A stretch of 52,520 nt of DNA from a virus (IMGVR_UViG_3300008116_000069:1-52520); one strand, 5' to 3'; numbered from the stretch's first letter, positions 37,103 to 46,297 are shown. Translations and numbers: made by a program. The notes: generated by a model not told the origin, from the sequence alone.

Positions 37103-37353
37103 GACACATCCTTTACTTTACTGCAGATTGGTGCCATCCCTGCAAAAAAGTAAAGCCAATAGTTGAAGAACTTAACCGTGATTCTGCTGTTAAGTTTCAG
37201 TTTATTGACGTTGACCAAGAAATAAAGATGGCTAAAGATATGAATGTTAGGTCAATCCCTACATTTATTGTTATTGACAATGGGTCTGAAGTAAAAAGAG
37301 CCACTGGTGCACAAACAAAAGAACAGTTACAGGAATTAATGTCAGATGGATGA
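37099..37353 (+). CDS. Thioredoxin
   Basis: FTADWCHPCK, IDVD, VRSIPT. Confidence 0.9.
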   Translation: MRHILYFTADWCHPCKKVKPIVEELNRDSAVKFQFIDVDQEIKMAKDMNVRSIPTFIVIDNGSEVKRATGAQTKEQLQELMSDG

Positions 37354-37675
37354 AGACCACTCTGAAATTTTTGACATGCTAATCCTCAATGGAGCAGTTG
37401 AGGTTGTGGGTGTTGACCCAGTTAGCGGTGAGTTCCTATACTCAATGACAGAAAAAATGATTGAAATTATGCCAGAGGTATACCAAGAGCATATGAATCA
37501 GGTCAATAATCAGATAATGAATCTTTGGCAGGATGGGTTTTTGAATGTTGATTTAATGGACTCTAACCCACTAGTAACCCTTACGGACAAGGCTTTTGAT
37601 ATAAAAGAACTTAGCAAGATGGACACAGAATCATTTGAGTGCCTCAATGAAATCAAAAGGGTCTTAGCAAAGTAA
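37346..37675 (+). CDS. Hypothetical protein
   Basis: Coupled ORF; acidic. Confidence 0.6.
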   Translation: MDEDHSEIFDMLILNGAVEVVGVDPVSGEFLYSMTEKMIEIMPEVYQEHMNQVNNQIMNLWQDGFLNVDLMDSNPLVTLTDKAFDIKELSKMDTESFECLNEIKRVLAK

Positions 37676-37679
37676 ATTC

Positions 37680-37688
37680 TGCTATAAT
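37680..37688 (+). promoter_or_regulatory. Extended -10 promoter TGCTATAAT
   Basis: Intergenic, followed by AGGAGG. Confidence 0.6.
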
Positions 37689-37714
37689 CAGTATATAGAT
37701 CTAGGAGGATTGTT

Positions 37715-38440
37715 ATGCCATATAAAGTAGGAGCAAAAGGCTCGTTTGGGTGCGCTGGCTACCCTGCTCTAAAAGAGGGAACAAATGAAGTAATGGGATG
37801 CCATACATCAAGATCAGAAGCAGCAGCACAGATTTATGCAATCAATCGTTCTGAAGGAAATATAGGTAAAAATATGCACATGCTTAAAGAAGGTGACTTT
37901 GTTATGGGTATGACAAAGGAAGGAATGGTTCATGGAATGATTGAGCACATTATGGTTGAAGGCGGTACTCTTGGTACTCCAGGAACCGAATATGCTCTTG
38001 AATCAATGCCACCAGAAAATCCAGCAATGTCTGTCAGAATTTACGAAGAAGAAGATGGAGAATGGGAACCAACAGCATATAGTATTGGAATGATGTACAA
38101 AGATGCAGAATTAATTAACATAAATAATCACTCAATGGAGGAAGAGGAAGAGGGATCAGATATGGATGCTTATGATAATTCTATCGGTAAAGCAAAGAAA
38201 CCTAATTATGGAACAATGATTAAACCACGAAGTGGCGGAAGCACTCCATCAAATCCAAAACTATACGCAAGAGTAGTTCAAGCAGCAAAAGATAAGTTTG
38301 ATGTATATCCATCTGCAGTTGCAAACTCTTGGGTAGTACAAGAATATAAGCGTCGTGGTGGTACATATAAGTTTGATGCAGTAGAAGAAACAAAAAGTGT
38401 TTGGAATGGATTGTTTGATCCGAAAGGATTTAATAAATAA
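37715..38440 (+). CDS. Multi-module hypothetical protein (possible head-associated)
   Basis: Three segments separated by IGK linkers; C-terminal 'YPSAVANSWVVQEYKRRGG'. Confidence 0.6.
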   Translation: MPYKVGAKGSFGCAGYPALKEGTNEVMGCHTSRSEAAAQIYAINRSEGNIGKNMHMLKEGDFVMGMTKEGMVHGMIEHIMVEGGTLGTPGTEYALESMPPENPAMSVRIYEEEDGEWEPTAYSIGMMYKDAELININNHSMEEEEEGSDMDAYDNSIGKAKKPNYGTMIKPRSGGSTPSNPKLYARVVQAAKDKFDVYPSAVANSWVVQEYKRRGGTYKFDAVEETKSVWNGLFDPKGFNK

Positions 38441-38580
38441 TGCCAAAGAAAAAGTCGGGATCATTTAATGCAACCCAGATTAAAGATGGAAAGATTGTTC
38501 GCATGAATAAGAATGGAACAGTTAAGTCTGTTCTTGGTGATTACTATGTTAACCATAATAAGGTAAAGAAAAATGGCTGA
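38440..38580 (+). CDS. Small basic protein (46 aa, not in ORF track)
   Basis: MPKKKSGSFNATQIKDGKIVRMNKNGTVKSV...; overlaps both neighbours. Confidence 0.55.
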   Translation: MPKKKSGSFNATQIKDGKIVRMNKNGTVKSVLGDYYVNHNKVKKNG

Positions 38581-38932
38581 TACATATACTCCTACTTCAG
38601 GTATGAAGGCTGCTGCAAGAAGAGCGCTTAAGTGGAAAGAAGAAGGAAAAGCAACTGGTGCTGGAACCCCTGTAGGCTGGGGTAGAGCAACAGATATTGT
38701 TAACGGATCTGCAATGTCTCTTGATACTGTTAAGCGAATGTATTCATTTTTTTCACGGCATGAAGTAGATAAAAAAGGTAAAGACTTTTATAATACATCT
38801 AACCCATCTAATGGTCGTATCATGTGGGATGCTTGGGGCGGAGATGCAGGGTTTTCCTGGTCAAGAGCAATAGTTAATCGTGAAAAGAACAAGGTTTGGG
38901 AAGGTAGCCCTTTTGATTTTAGAAAGGGTTAA
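38573..38932 (+). CDS. Hypothetical phage protein
   Basis: 'RMYSFFSRHE...WGGDAG..W' motif. Confidence 0.65.
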   Translation: MADTYTPTSGMKAAARRALKWKEEGKATGAGTPVGWGRATDIVNGSAMSLDTVKRMYSFFSRHEVDKKGKDFYNTSNPSNGRIMWDAWGGDAGFSWSRAIVNREKNKVWEGSPFDFRKG

Positions 38933-38934
38933 GT

Positions 38935-39354
38935 ATGGAGTATTTCCTAGTAGTGGGCTTGACAATCCTTGCCACCTGGTTTATAATTAGAATAGTAACA
39001 AAAAGTAAATATAAAAAATCTCATAGAGTTATATATCGCCAAAGTGATATGCACAAAATGATGAAAAAGTTTTTTACTTATGAGTTACCACAGCACCAAG
39101 ATACATCTTCTCAGTTGCAAAAGCGCAGAGAAAAGAGTACAATTAAGGTGTTAGTTGTAGAAGATCAAGCATATTGGGTGGCTAGTAATATATTTTATGT
39201 TGCTAATGTTGAAGATGGTGCACCAGTACCAGAATCAGCAAAGCCAGTAGATACAACTAATATGTCAAAAAAAGATGTTGAGAAGATGTTATTCATATTG
39301 GATAACTTAAGGAGTGGGAATAGAAATGATAGTGGCAGTACAGGGAACAAATGA
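38935..39354 (+). CDS. Hypothetical protein with N-terminal TM
   Basis: Hydrophobic N-terminus. Confidence 0.55.
   Translation: MEYFLVVGLTILATWFIIRIVTKSKYKKSHRVIYRQSDMHKMMKKFFTYELPQHQDTSSQLQKRREKSTIKVLVVEDQAYWVASNIFYVANVEDGAPVPESAKPVDTTNMSKKDVEKMLFILDNLRSGNRNDSGSTGNK
38959..38987 (+). promoter_or_regulatory. Perfect consensus promoter TTGACA-17-TATAAT
   Basis: Exact sigma70/SigA consensus, inside the 5' end of ORF 38935. Confidence 0.65.
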
Positions 39355-39676
39355 TTTTAATGATTATCAAATCTTTCTTCGTGCAATGAGCGTTGCTCTT
39401 TCTGGCATGAAAGAAGATGATAATGAGTTTATTATTTATTCAGTAGGCCCAGCAAAAGTTAACTCTTTTGTTTCAGAGTTCTCAAACTTATCTGAAAGAG
39501 GGATGAAGGCTCGTGGCAAGAAGATTAAATTCTTTAAGGCACCTACTTCATGGGTTGAAGAAAATATGAGTTACGTAAACTACTTTGCTTTCTTAAGCAC
39601 ACCAAAGCAATCAAATTCAAAACTTGTTGCTCAGGCTGAACTTAACAATGTTGAAGTTGGAATCTTTAGATACTAA
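39326..39676 (+). CDS. Hypothetical protein (YspA/SLOG-like N-terminus)
   Basis: MIVAVQGT..F.DY. Confidence 0.5.
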   Translation: MIVAVQGTNDFNDYQIFLRAMSVALSGMKEDDNEFIIYSVGPAKVNSFVSEFSNLSERGMKARGKKIKFFKAPTSWVEENMSYVNYFAFLSTPKQSNSKLVAQAELNNVEVGIFRY

Positions 39677-39687
39677 AAGGGGTAAAG

Positions 39688-39897
39688 ATGATCATAAAAG
39701 ACTTAGATGCAATGGAAAAAATTGTATCAAAAAACAGCAACCTAAAATGGGTTGGTTGGGATGTTCTAGAACTCAAGAAAACAAATCTTGGCAGAACAGA
39801 CGCTAACGGTATTCGCATTAACAATGAATGGTACATTCAAAAAACTTTTAGTCCTTCTCGTAGTGGCTGGGAGATTCCAGGCAAGTATAAGGAGTAG
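39688..39897 (+). CDS. Hypothetical protein
   Basis: GGGG RBS; Trp-rich. Confidence 0.6.
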   Translation: MIIKDLDAMEKIVSKNSNLKWVGWDVLELKKTNLGRTDANGIRINNEWYIQKTFSPSRSGWEIPGKYKE

Positions 39898-39899
39898 AC

Positions 39900-40184
39900 A
39901 TGAAGCAGCATCTATGGAAAGACGATGCTCCATGCAAAGACCTTGATACTAATATATTTTTTGATAAATATGAAGATGAATCTGAATCCAGATTTTTAGT
40001 TGATGCTTTATGCATGCAGTGTCCACTAGCAAGAAAATGTTTTGCTAATGGTGTATCTGGAAAAGAATGGGGAGTTTGGGGTGGTGTATATCTTGAAGAT
40101 GGTAAAGTATCTAGAGAATTCAACAACCATAAAACCAAGGCAGACTGGGCAGACACATGGCAAGTTTTAACAATGGATAAATAA
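39900..40184 (+). CDS. whiB: WhiB-family Fe-S transcription factor
   Basis: W...A.C......FF...C.QC.....C...GVWGG. Confidence 0.9.
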   Translation: MKQHLWKDDAPCKDLDTNIFFDKYEDESESRFLVDALCMQCPLARKCFANGVSGKEWGVWGGVYLEDGKVSREFNNHKTKADWADTWQVLTMDK

Positions 40185-40185
40185 A

Positions 40186-40416
40186 ATGTATACAGATGCA
40201 ATGAAGAGAGCGTTTCACGCAGTGCAAGCGCCTAAAGGTTTTTCTGTTCAACTTATTGACAATGATCACTTCCTTACTATAAAATTAGATGAGAGACATT
40301 TTGCTGGACTATTGCATGATGAGAAGATCGCAGCATTACAATATGTTGTACAACTTAAGAATGCTTTAGAGATGGAAGGTGCTATTGTGCTAGTTACGAG
40401 AGAGGCTCTTAAATGA
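40186..40416 (+). CDS. Hypothetical protein
   Basis: Coupled ORF. Confidence 0.6.
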   Translation: MYTDAMKRAFHAVQAPKGFSVQLIDNDHFLTIKLDERHFAGLLHDEKIAALQYVVQLKNALEMEGAIVLVTREALK

Positions 40417-40844
40417 TTGAAAACACTATTATAGTTGTGTTAGGTTCTGCAATGGCTTGTTTCGTAGTAGCCTACCTTATAACTTTAAGAAGGTTAATCT
40501 CTTCACAAAAACTTGCAGGTAAATTATATGTTGACAACTTTACTTTAGAAGAATATATAAAGACACTTAAAAATTTAAAAGAAGATAAGTCAGATCAACA
40601 GATACATCAAGAGAACTTCCTTAAGTTTCTTGCTGATTCACGAGACTGGGCATTCAATTATATTGAAGAGGTTCAGTCTGGTCTTAGTAAGTTTGTTAGT
40701 GATGTTGAACCAGAAATCAATTACTTTAAAGAGTACGGGGATCTTATATCAATGGAACCAAACTATAACTCATTAAAGAAAATATCACAAGCATATGAAG
40801 AGTTAAAAAAGTTACTACCTAAAGAGGAAGAAGAAGTAAAGTGA
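40413..40844 (+). CDS. Membrane-anchored hypothetical protein
   Basis: N-terminal TM; coiled coil. Confidence 0.6.
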   Translation: MIENTIIVVLGSAMACFVVAYLITLRRLISSQKLAGKLYVDNFTLEEYIKTLKNLKEDKSDQQIHQENFLKFLADSRDWAFNYIEEVQSGLSKFVSDVEPEINYFKEYGDLISMEPNYNSLKKISQAYEELKKLLPKEEEEVK

Positions 40845-40999
40845 AAGATATTATCTTATCAACACTAACAGGTTTTGGGTGCGGTGTCGTGTTCGCAGCA
40901 TTCAAATTGCCAGTACCAGCACCACCAGTTTTTGCGGGAGTCGCAGGAATTATTGGTTTATGGATTGGCTTCACAGTACTAACACGAATTATATCCTAG
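40841..40999 (+). CDS. XapX-domain (DUF1427) small membrane protein (not in ORF track)
   Basis: MKDIILSTLTGFGCGVVFAAFKLPVPAPPVFAGVAGIIGLWIG: LPVPAPP motif. Confidence 0.8.
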   Translation: MKDIILSTLTGFGCGVVFAAFKLPVPAPPVFAGVAGIIGLWIGFTVLTRIIS

Positions 41000-41009
41000 G
41001 AGGAATAAA

Positions 41010-41285
41010 ATGAATAAGAAACAACTAGAGGCACTACTAGCATCATATGGTCGCTCAGTACTTGCATCAGGTCTAGCACTATACATGGCTGGCGTAACAG
41101 ATCCAAAGGATCTATGGACAGCACTTGTTGCTGCTATCGCACCAGTTGCACTCAGAGCAATCAATCCTAACGACAAGGCTTTTGGTGTATTGCCAGATGC
41201 TAAGGAAGTAGAGAAGGCTCTCAAGGCTGCTAAGGCACCTGTAAAGAAGAAGGCAGCAGTCAAGAAGGCAGCGCCAAAGAAGTAA
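41010..41285 (+). CDS. Holin-like membrane protein
   Basis: AGGAGG RBS; two TMs; 'LRAINP.D..FG'; Lys-rich tail. Confidence 0.6.
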   Translation: MNKKQLEALLASYGRSVLASGLALYMAGVTDPKDLWTALVAAIAPVALRAINPNDKAFGVLPDAKEVEKALKAAKAPVKKKAAVKKAAPKK

Positions 41286-41300
41286 GTAGTAAAAATAGTT

Positions 41301-41330
41301 AGGGCCAGTCTATATTGGGCTGGCTCTTTC
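41301..41330 (+). terminator. Putative terminator hairpin
   Basis: AGGGCCAGTC...GGCTGGCTCT followed by TTC. Confidence 0.6.
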
Positions 41331-41349
41331 TATGTTATCATGGAGATAT

Positions 41350-42036
41350 ATGTCAAAGACAGCGCTAATAATGTGTACGTATGTAAGGTTTGAGAACCTA
41401 AATACAACTTTGGCCTGCATAAATAATCAAACAGATAAAGACTTTGACTTTTATATTGTAGATAATTCAGGTCAAAATGAAAAACTTTTAAAGTATTTGG
41501 ATAAGTTTAAGGGCAACCTAAATATTTCTGTACACAACTATGCAAATGACTTTAAACAGTTTGCTAGATTTTTATTAGCAAAAGATCTTGCCGAAGATGG
41601 ATACAAAAAAATAATTTTTATTGATGATGATGAGATAATTCCAAATACATTTATAGAAGAATGTCACAGCCAGTACGATGAGTCTTGTGTAAAATCCTTT
41701 TGGGCACACAGAGTTAACTCAAGATACAAAAGAAAAATTAAAGTTGAGAAAGAAGAATTAGGAAATTATGCTGGAACAGGTGGACTAATCTGTAGTGCCA
41801 AACTATTCTTAAACGAAGACTTTTTTGATTGCCCTGAAGAGTACTGGATCATTGATGATCTATGGTTATCTTATTATGTATTAAAGTTTACAGACTATAA
41901 GATCAAAGAACTTAAAACAGATATTAAGTTTATTAAAGATAGGAAGGCCACCTTCCTTACGCTTGGAGACTTAAAACAAAAGTTCTCCGAAGAGTTTATC
42001 CTTCCAGAATCTGAAGGTATTGATCCTTTAGAATAG
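41350..42036 (+). CDS. Glycosyltransferase family 2 (GT-A)
   Basis: IMCTY.R, IVDN, FIDDD, IDDLWLS. Confidence 0.8.
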   Translation: MSKTALIMCTYVRFENLNTTLACINNQTDKDFDFYIVDNSGQNEKLLKYLDKFKGNLNISVHNYANDFKQFARFLLAKDLAEDGYKKIIFIDDDEIIPNTFIEECHSQYDESCVKSFWAHRVNSRYKRKIKVEKEELGNYAGTGGLICSAKLFLNEDFFDCPEEYWIIDDLWLSYYVLKFTDYKIKELKTDIKFIKDRKATFLTLGDLKQKFSEEFILPESEGIDPLE

Positions 42037-43027
42037 ATGGGTCAAAGTTTTCAAACCCAATTGTCAAAGCCTTTTCCTTTTGTAACCTTTTATCACTATT
42101 AACATAGCGATCAATCTTCTTAGCAAGTTCTCTAACATCTGCTTCATAAACATCAAGTTTAACTCTTGTCATAAGAGTGCTAACCTTACTTGATGATACA
42201 AGCCAATCGCTTGGAAGTATTTGATTGTTAGGAGATATATCAGTCATAAATACTGGAAGTCCACTCACAAGAGCCTCATTCATAGGAAGACAAAGACCAG
42301 CATATCTTCTTGGCATAACCATTGCGTCAAAGCCATTATACATTTCAGAACGGCTATCAATATTACCTACTTCAACGGTGAGTCTAGAGTCTTTATAATT
42401 AATGTTTAGTTCGCTCTGACTTCTAATTACTAATTCGTAATCAGCCTTAGAGTGACGAAGCGTATCAATAACAGTTTGAGTACCGTTTCTATCTTGTGAA
42501 GCAGCCTTACCACCAATATGTAGTATTCGCTTATGATCTTTTGACATATTATTTTCTCTAACAGACTTAAAGTCATCAACATAAATTGGTGGCGGGATAT
42601 GAACAACCTTAGTCTCATTACCAAACTTAGCAATAGTCTCATCTACCTTCCAATAACTGGGAGAAATCATATAGGTAGGCAATGGCATATCAGGTTTGTT
42701 AAGGTGATCAAGGAACTCATAGTTATACTGCATAAGAGTTCTAACCTTATGTCTCTGGGCTAAATGAATAAAGTGTGGGTGGTAAAAGGTTTCACAGGTT
42801 AGAACAGACTTCAGTCCATCCATAAACATAGTAACCTCTTGTTTTGTTGGAAAGCCATTAGTCATTGTGACATTGTATCCGTCATACCATTCGGGGTACT
42901 GCTTATTGTTATTAAACTTAGTAGAGTTAACCAAAAGAATTTTGTCAGGGTTCAGCATCCTTACTAAGTCTCTTGTTTGATTACCCAAACCAGTATTGTC
43001 ACACCTTGCAATAATCCCAAATGTCAT
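41996..43027 (-). CDS. Glycosyltransferase GT-B (GT4-like)
   Basis: TGLG, 'DAMVMPRRYAGLCLPMNEALVSGLPVFMTD'. Confidence 0.82.
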   Translation of the reverse strand: MTFGIIARCDNTGLGNQTRDLVRMLNPDKILLVNSTKFNNNKQYPEWYDGYNVTMTNGFPTKQEVTMFMDGLKSVLTCETFYHPHFIHLAQRHKVRTLMQYNYEFLDHLNKPDMPLPTYMISPSYWKVDETIAKFGNETKVVHIPPPIYVDDFKSVRENNMSKDHKRILHIGGKAASQDRNGTQTVIDTLRHSKADYELVIRSQSELNINYKDSRLTVEVGNIDSRSEMYNGFDAMVMPRRYAGLCLPMNEALVSGLPVFMTDISPNNQILPSDWLVSSSKVSTLMTRVKLDVYEADVRELAKKIDRYVNSDKRLQKEKALTIGFENFDPSILKDQYLQILEG

Positions 43028-43755
43028 TCAGTATATCCCCAAGCATCGTCATCTGATGTGAACTTTCTTGTTCCAGCACGACCATCAAGGTGATAAGATC
43101 TCTTTATGTTTCCTTCTGGATGGTATATCCAAAGTTTATGCTTATCCCATCCATCATCTTGAACAACCCCATGAAACTTATCTTCAATAAATGTTTTCTC
43201 ATCACAGGTAGGGAGAACAACCTCTCTATAATATTTAGTAAGACTAAGGTGTGGTCTCTGACTCCACTGTGTGGTTTTCATAAAGCCATCCTCAAGACCA
43301 AACATTAAGTGTTCATGCTCAACAGGAATAGATGCCTCAAAGTGAAAACGAATGGTGTTTGCCTTTTCATACTCAAGCATGTCTAAACACTTTTGCCAAT
43401 CAATTTCAATATCAGGAGTTAAGGGGGCATCTCCTTCTACATATACCATTGCTGCTGTTTGGACAAGATCAATAGTTTCTTTCATCATATTTGTTTGGTG
43501 ACTGTGTTGGTCAAATATAACTGGCAAAACATTTTTCCATTGATGCAAACACTTCCACAAAATTCTGTTCTTAAACTCATCGTAATCGTCTTTACGGTTT
43601 AGTCTTTCTTTCCTTAGTCCATCAACCTGAAGAATGATCTCGTTGTCTGGGAAGTGGCTTCTTATAGAGTCAATTGTTTCATCTAGTATAGATGTGTCTG
43701 GATGACTAGGAATTATAGAAGTTGCTACAATTATAGTTACATTATCTTTGTTCAT
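43024..43755 (-). CDS. Putative GT-A glycosyltransferase
   Basis: IIVATS, ILQVDG, YVEGD, HLDGR. Confidence 0.6.
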   Translation of the reverse strand: MNKDNVTIIVATSIIPSHPDTSILDETIDSIRSHFPDNEIILQVDGLRKERLNRKDDYDEFKNRILWKCLHQWKNVLPVIFDQHSHQTNMMKETIDLVQTAAMVYVEGDAPLTPDIEIDWQKCLDMLEYEKANTIRFHFEASIPVEHEHLMFGLEDGFMKTTQWSQRPHLSLTKYYREVVLPTCDEKTFIEDKFHGVVQDDGWDKHKLWIYHPEGNIKRSYHLDGRAGTRKFTSDDDAWGYTE

Positions 43756-44602
43756 AAATATCTTTCATGATCTCAATAGAAAAATCTCTCTTGTATTTAA
43801 TCCACCAACATACAACCTGATGCATATTATTTGGATAATTATTAATAAGATTAGGTAGCATTTCTTTTAGTTTGTTCCAGTTATCAATCTTTTCAATTGG
43901 AATTCCTGCAGGGTGAAGATAGTTAAAATAATCAATCATTTCACCTTTAGAGTCAATAAGATCACCAACAGGTAAGGCCAACATTTCAATAGCCTCAAAG
44001 AACCTAAAGGTATCTATTACCTGCGCCCCAGCAGGGGCTGGAGCAACCCTAGCCTTTGATAGAGTGCTGTAGTAGTCTTTGGGCTGTTCTCCCTGTGCAA
44101 AGCCTGCTGTGGGCTTATAAAGGGCATTTGGGAGACTTGGCATGACCTCTCCTAACTGCTGCCTACGCTGATGGGTTATTTGACCACCAAAATATACATC
44201 ATATTCTTTAACAGGATAATCAGGCAAGTTGTTCTTTAAATGCTGAGGAACGCCAATAAAAAACTTATTATATTTTTCATGCTTTTTGTGCGGGTATTGA
44301 ACCCAAATAGAAATATTTGGATGCTTGATCTTATCAACATTAAAGTTGCCAGACTCATCCCCAGTAATAAATAGAACTACTCTGCCTGCCTTTTGTAGTT
44401 GCTTAGAGATATAGTCTTCGCTTCCAGCATTTCCTTGTCCAGGAATAATAACAAAACATCTTTCATCGTTAGGTATGCTGGTAACTGTTACTTGCTCAAT
44501 CTTATTACGCTCAAAGGTAAGCCTAAGTAACTCATAGTCCCACTTACCATCAGCAGAATCAAGAGGGTTTGTAGAATATATATATGCTTTAGGCAGGCTC
44601 AT
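43742..44602 (-). CDS. Putative GT-B glycosyltransferase (exostosin/GT47-like)
   Basis: YDVYFGG, 'APAPAG....TFRFFEAIE...LPV'. Confidence 0.55.
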   Translation of the reverse strand: MSLPKAYIYSTNPLDSADGKWDYELLRLTFERNKIEQVTVTSIPNDERCFVIIPGQGNAGSEDYISKQLQKAGRVVLFITGDESGNFNVDKIKHPNISIWVQYPHKKHEKYNKFFIGVPQHLKNNLPDYPVKEYDVYFGGQITHQRRQQLGEVMPSLPNALYKPTAGFAQGEQPKDYYSTLSKARVAPAPAGAQVIDTFRFFEAIEMLALPVGDLIDSKGEMIDYFNYLHPAGIPIEKIDNWNKLKEMLPNLINNYPNNMHQVVCWWIKYKRDFSIEIMKDIYEQR

Positions 44603-45302
44603 AGTAGAAATGAACCTCATGCTGATAGTCTATTAGATGTTCAATATATCCAATACCCTTGATAAACTGTCTAAGATCATATAGGTATTCTTTCCAATAC
44701 ATCATCATGAACTCTGGATGACCAGATAGCCAGATCTTTGGTCTAAACTCTCTCATAACTTTTTCTGCACCACCAAGAACACGCCATTCACTACCTTCAA
44801 CATCAAGTGAGATTACTGTAGGTGGCTTCATTCCTTTTTCGTAAACAAGAGTATCAATCTTTGTTTGTCCATATTTGTCTGCTTCATACTGAAGTTCTTT
44901 AAATCCGTGTGCTGCTTCAATTGGAGCGTCTGCTTCTGGTGGAAACTCGTTGTAATAGATACGAGCAAGTTTGTTATCTTTGTCAGATGCAAAACCAGGA
45001 ATAGAAGCCAGTGGCATTTCTAGATTATTTGCACTCCATAGCAACGGGAAGTGTGACCAAACCTTTGGGTTGGGTTCAAACAATACTACCTCTGCTCCCC
45101 ACATTTGACACAAAGCAGGCATCTCTCCTTCTTCTGCACCAATGTAGTAAACAACATCGCCCTTGCCAATATTCTCATGCATTGATTTTAGTCTAGGCTT
45201 TTCCCAACCATGTGGCTGGTACCAGTCTGGTCTATCTGCACGATGCTTTGGTAGTATAATTTCAAACTCTCCGTTAATAACGGCCTTTACCATTTCTGTC
45301 AT
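44589..45302 (-). CDS. FkbM-family methyltransferase
   Basis: YIGAEEG, FEPNP, IDTL, SLDVEGSE..VLGGA. Confidence 0.8.
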   Translation of the reverse strand: MTEMVKAVINGEFEIILPKHRADRPDWYQPHGWEKPRLKSMHENIGKGDVVYYIGAEEGEMPALCQMWGAEVVLFEPNPKVWSHFPLLWSANNLEMPLASIPGFASDKDNKLARIYYNEFPPEADAPIEAAHGFKELQYEADKYGQTKIDTLVYEKGMKPPTVISLDVEGSEWRVLGGAEKVMREFRPKIWLSGHPEFMMMYWKEYLYDLRQFIKGIGYIEHLIDYQHEVHFYYEPA

Positions 45303-46255
45303 AGCCCTAACTCCTTCATAATAGTGGCCCACCTATGTACATAAGTGTGCTGTTGCTTAGTCTTGTTATGACCATTTGATCTAATTACTTCTCTTTCAGA
45401 ATCATTATCAAGATACTTATCTATCTTAGATTTTAGATCTTCAAGATTACCATGTTCATAAAATACAATCTCTTTACCATCTTCAAAGTAATCTTCAAGC
45501 CCAACAATGCGAGGGTAGATAGTAAATCCACCACGACCAGTAGACTCAAACAACCTATCACTAGTATAGTAAGGGTAGTTAAAGTTAATGTTAAGGCTGT
45601 CTCCAACGGCTACCTTGCTTTGTGCGTATATCTTATTTAACTCATCACCACGAACAGTTCCAGTATCTCCATCACCACCAACATGAAGGAATCTATCTCC
45701 GTATGTCTTTCTTAAAAAGTCTATCAAGTCTGAGCGATACTTGTGTTCATGGTGATATCTTTTGCTACCAACAAAAATAACATCATATTTAAATTTATCT
45801 GGGTTATATGCTTCATGAATATAACATTCTTTATCATAAACTCCAGCAGGAATAAAGTGTCCTTTTACTTGAGTGTTCTCATTAAACCAGTCAGCCATCA
45901 ACTTATCTACAGTAAAAAAGTGTCCAATTGTTTTATAAAAGTTATCTTCTTGAAGATCTTTCTGGCGATCAAGACCAAACCATAGGTCAAGGTGGTAGGT
46001 AATTGTCTGCACACCTGCCTGCTTTAGTTGAAGCAAAACATTATCCATAGTAATCCTGCCAGTTGTTTCCCAGCCATGAGTATGTACCCAGATAAACAGA
46101 TCTGAGTTAAGCGCTTGGTCAAGGATTACATGACTCTTTGCTTTCTTTTCTTGCAACTTTACAACGGTATGTCCAAGAGACTCAAGACTATTAACATGAT
46201 GATTCTCACTACTATAAGAAACCTCAAAGTTTCCTAGAAAAACAATTTTAGCCAA
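45299..46255 (-). CDS. CgeB-like glycosyltransferase (GT-B)
   Basis: YDVIFVGS, SDRLFE..G.G, F.DG.EIV.Y, HTY.HR; GGGG RBS before TTG. Confidence 0.75.
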   Translation of the reverse strand: MAKIVFLGNFEVSYSSENHHVNSLESLGHTVVKLQEKKAKSHVILDQALNSDLFIWVHTHGWETTGRITMDNVLLQLKQAGVQTITYHLDLWFGLDRQKDLQEDNFYKTIGHFFTVDKLMADWFNENTQVKGHFIPAGVYDKECYIHEAYNPDKFKYDVIFVGSKRYHHEHKYRSDLIDFLRKTYGDRFLHVGGDGDTGTVRGDELNKIYAQSKVAVGDSLNINFNYPYYTSDRLFESTGRGGFTIYPRIVGLEDYFEDGKEIVFYEHGNLEDLKSKIDKYLDNDSEREVIRSNGHNKTKQQHTYVHRWATIMKELGL

Positions 46256-46282
46256 CGAATTACCCCTTTTTAGTTTCATTCT

Positions 46283-46291
46283 ATTATAGCA
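46283..46291 (-). promoter_or_regulatory. Extended -10 promoter TGCTATAAT for glycosylation operon
   Basis: Reverse complement of ATTATAGCA between tRNA and GT operon. Confidence 0.55.
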
Positions 46292-46297
46292 TCTTTG

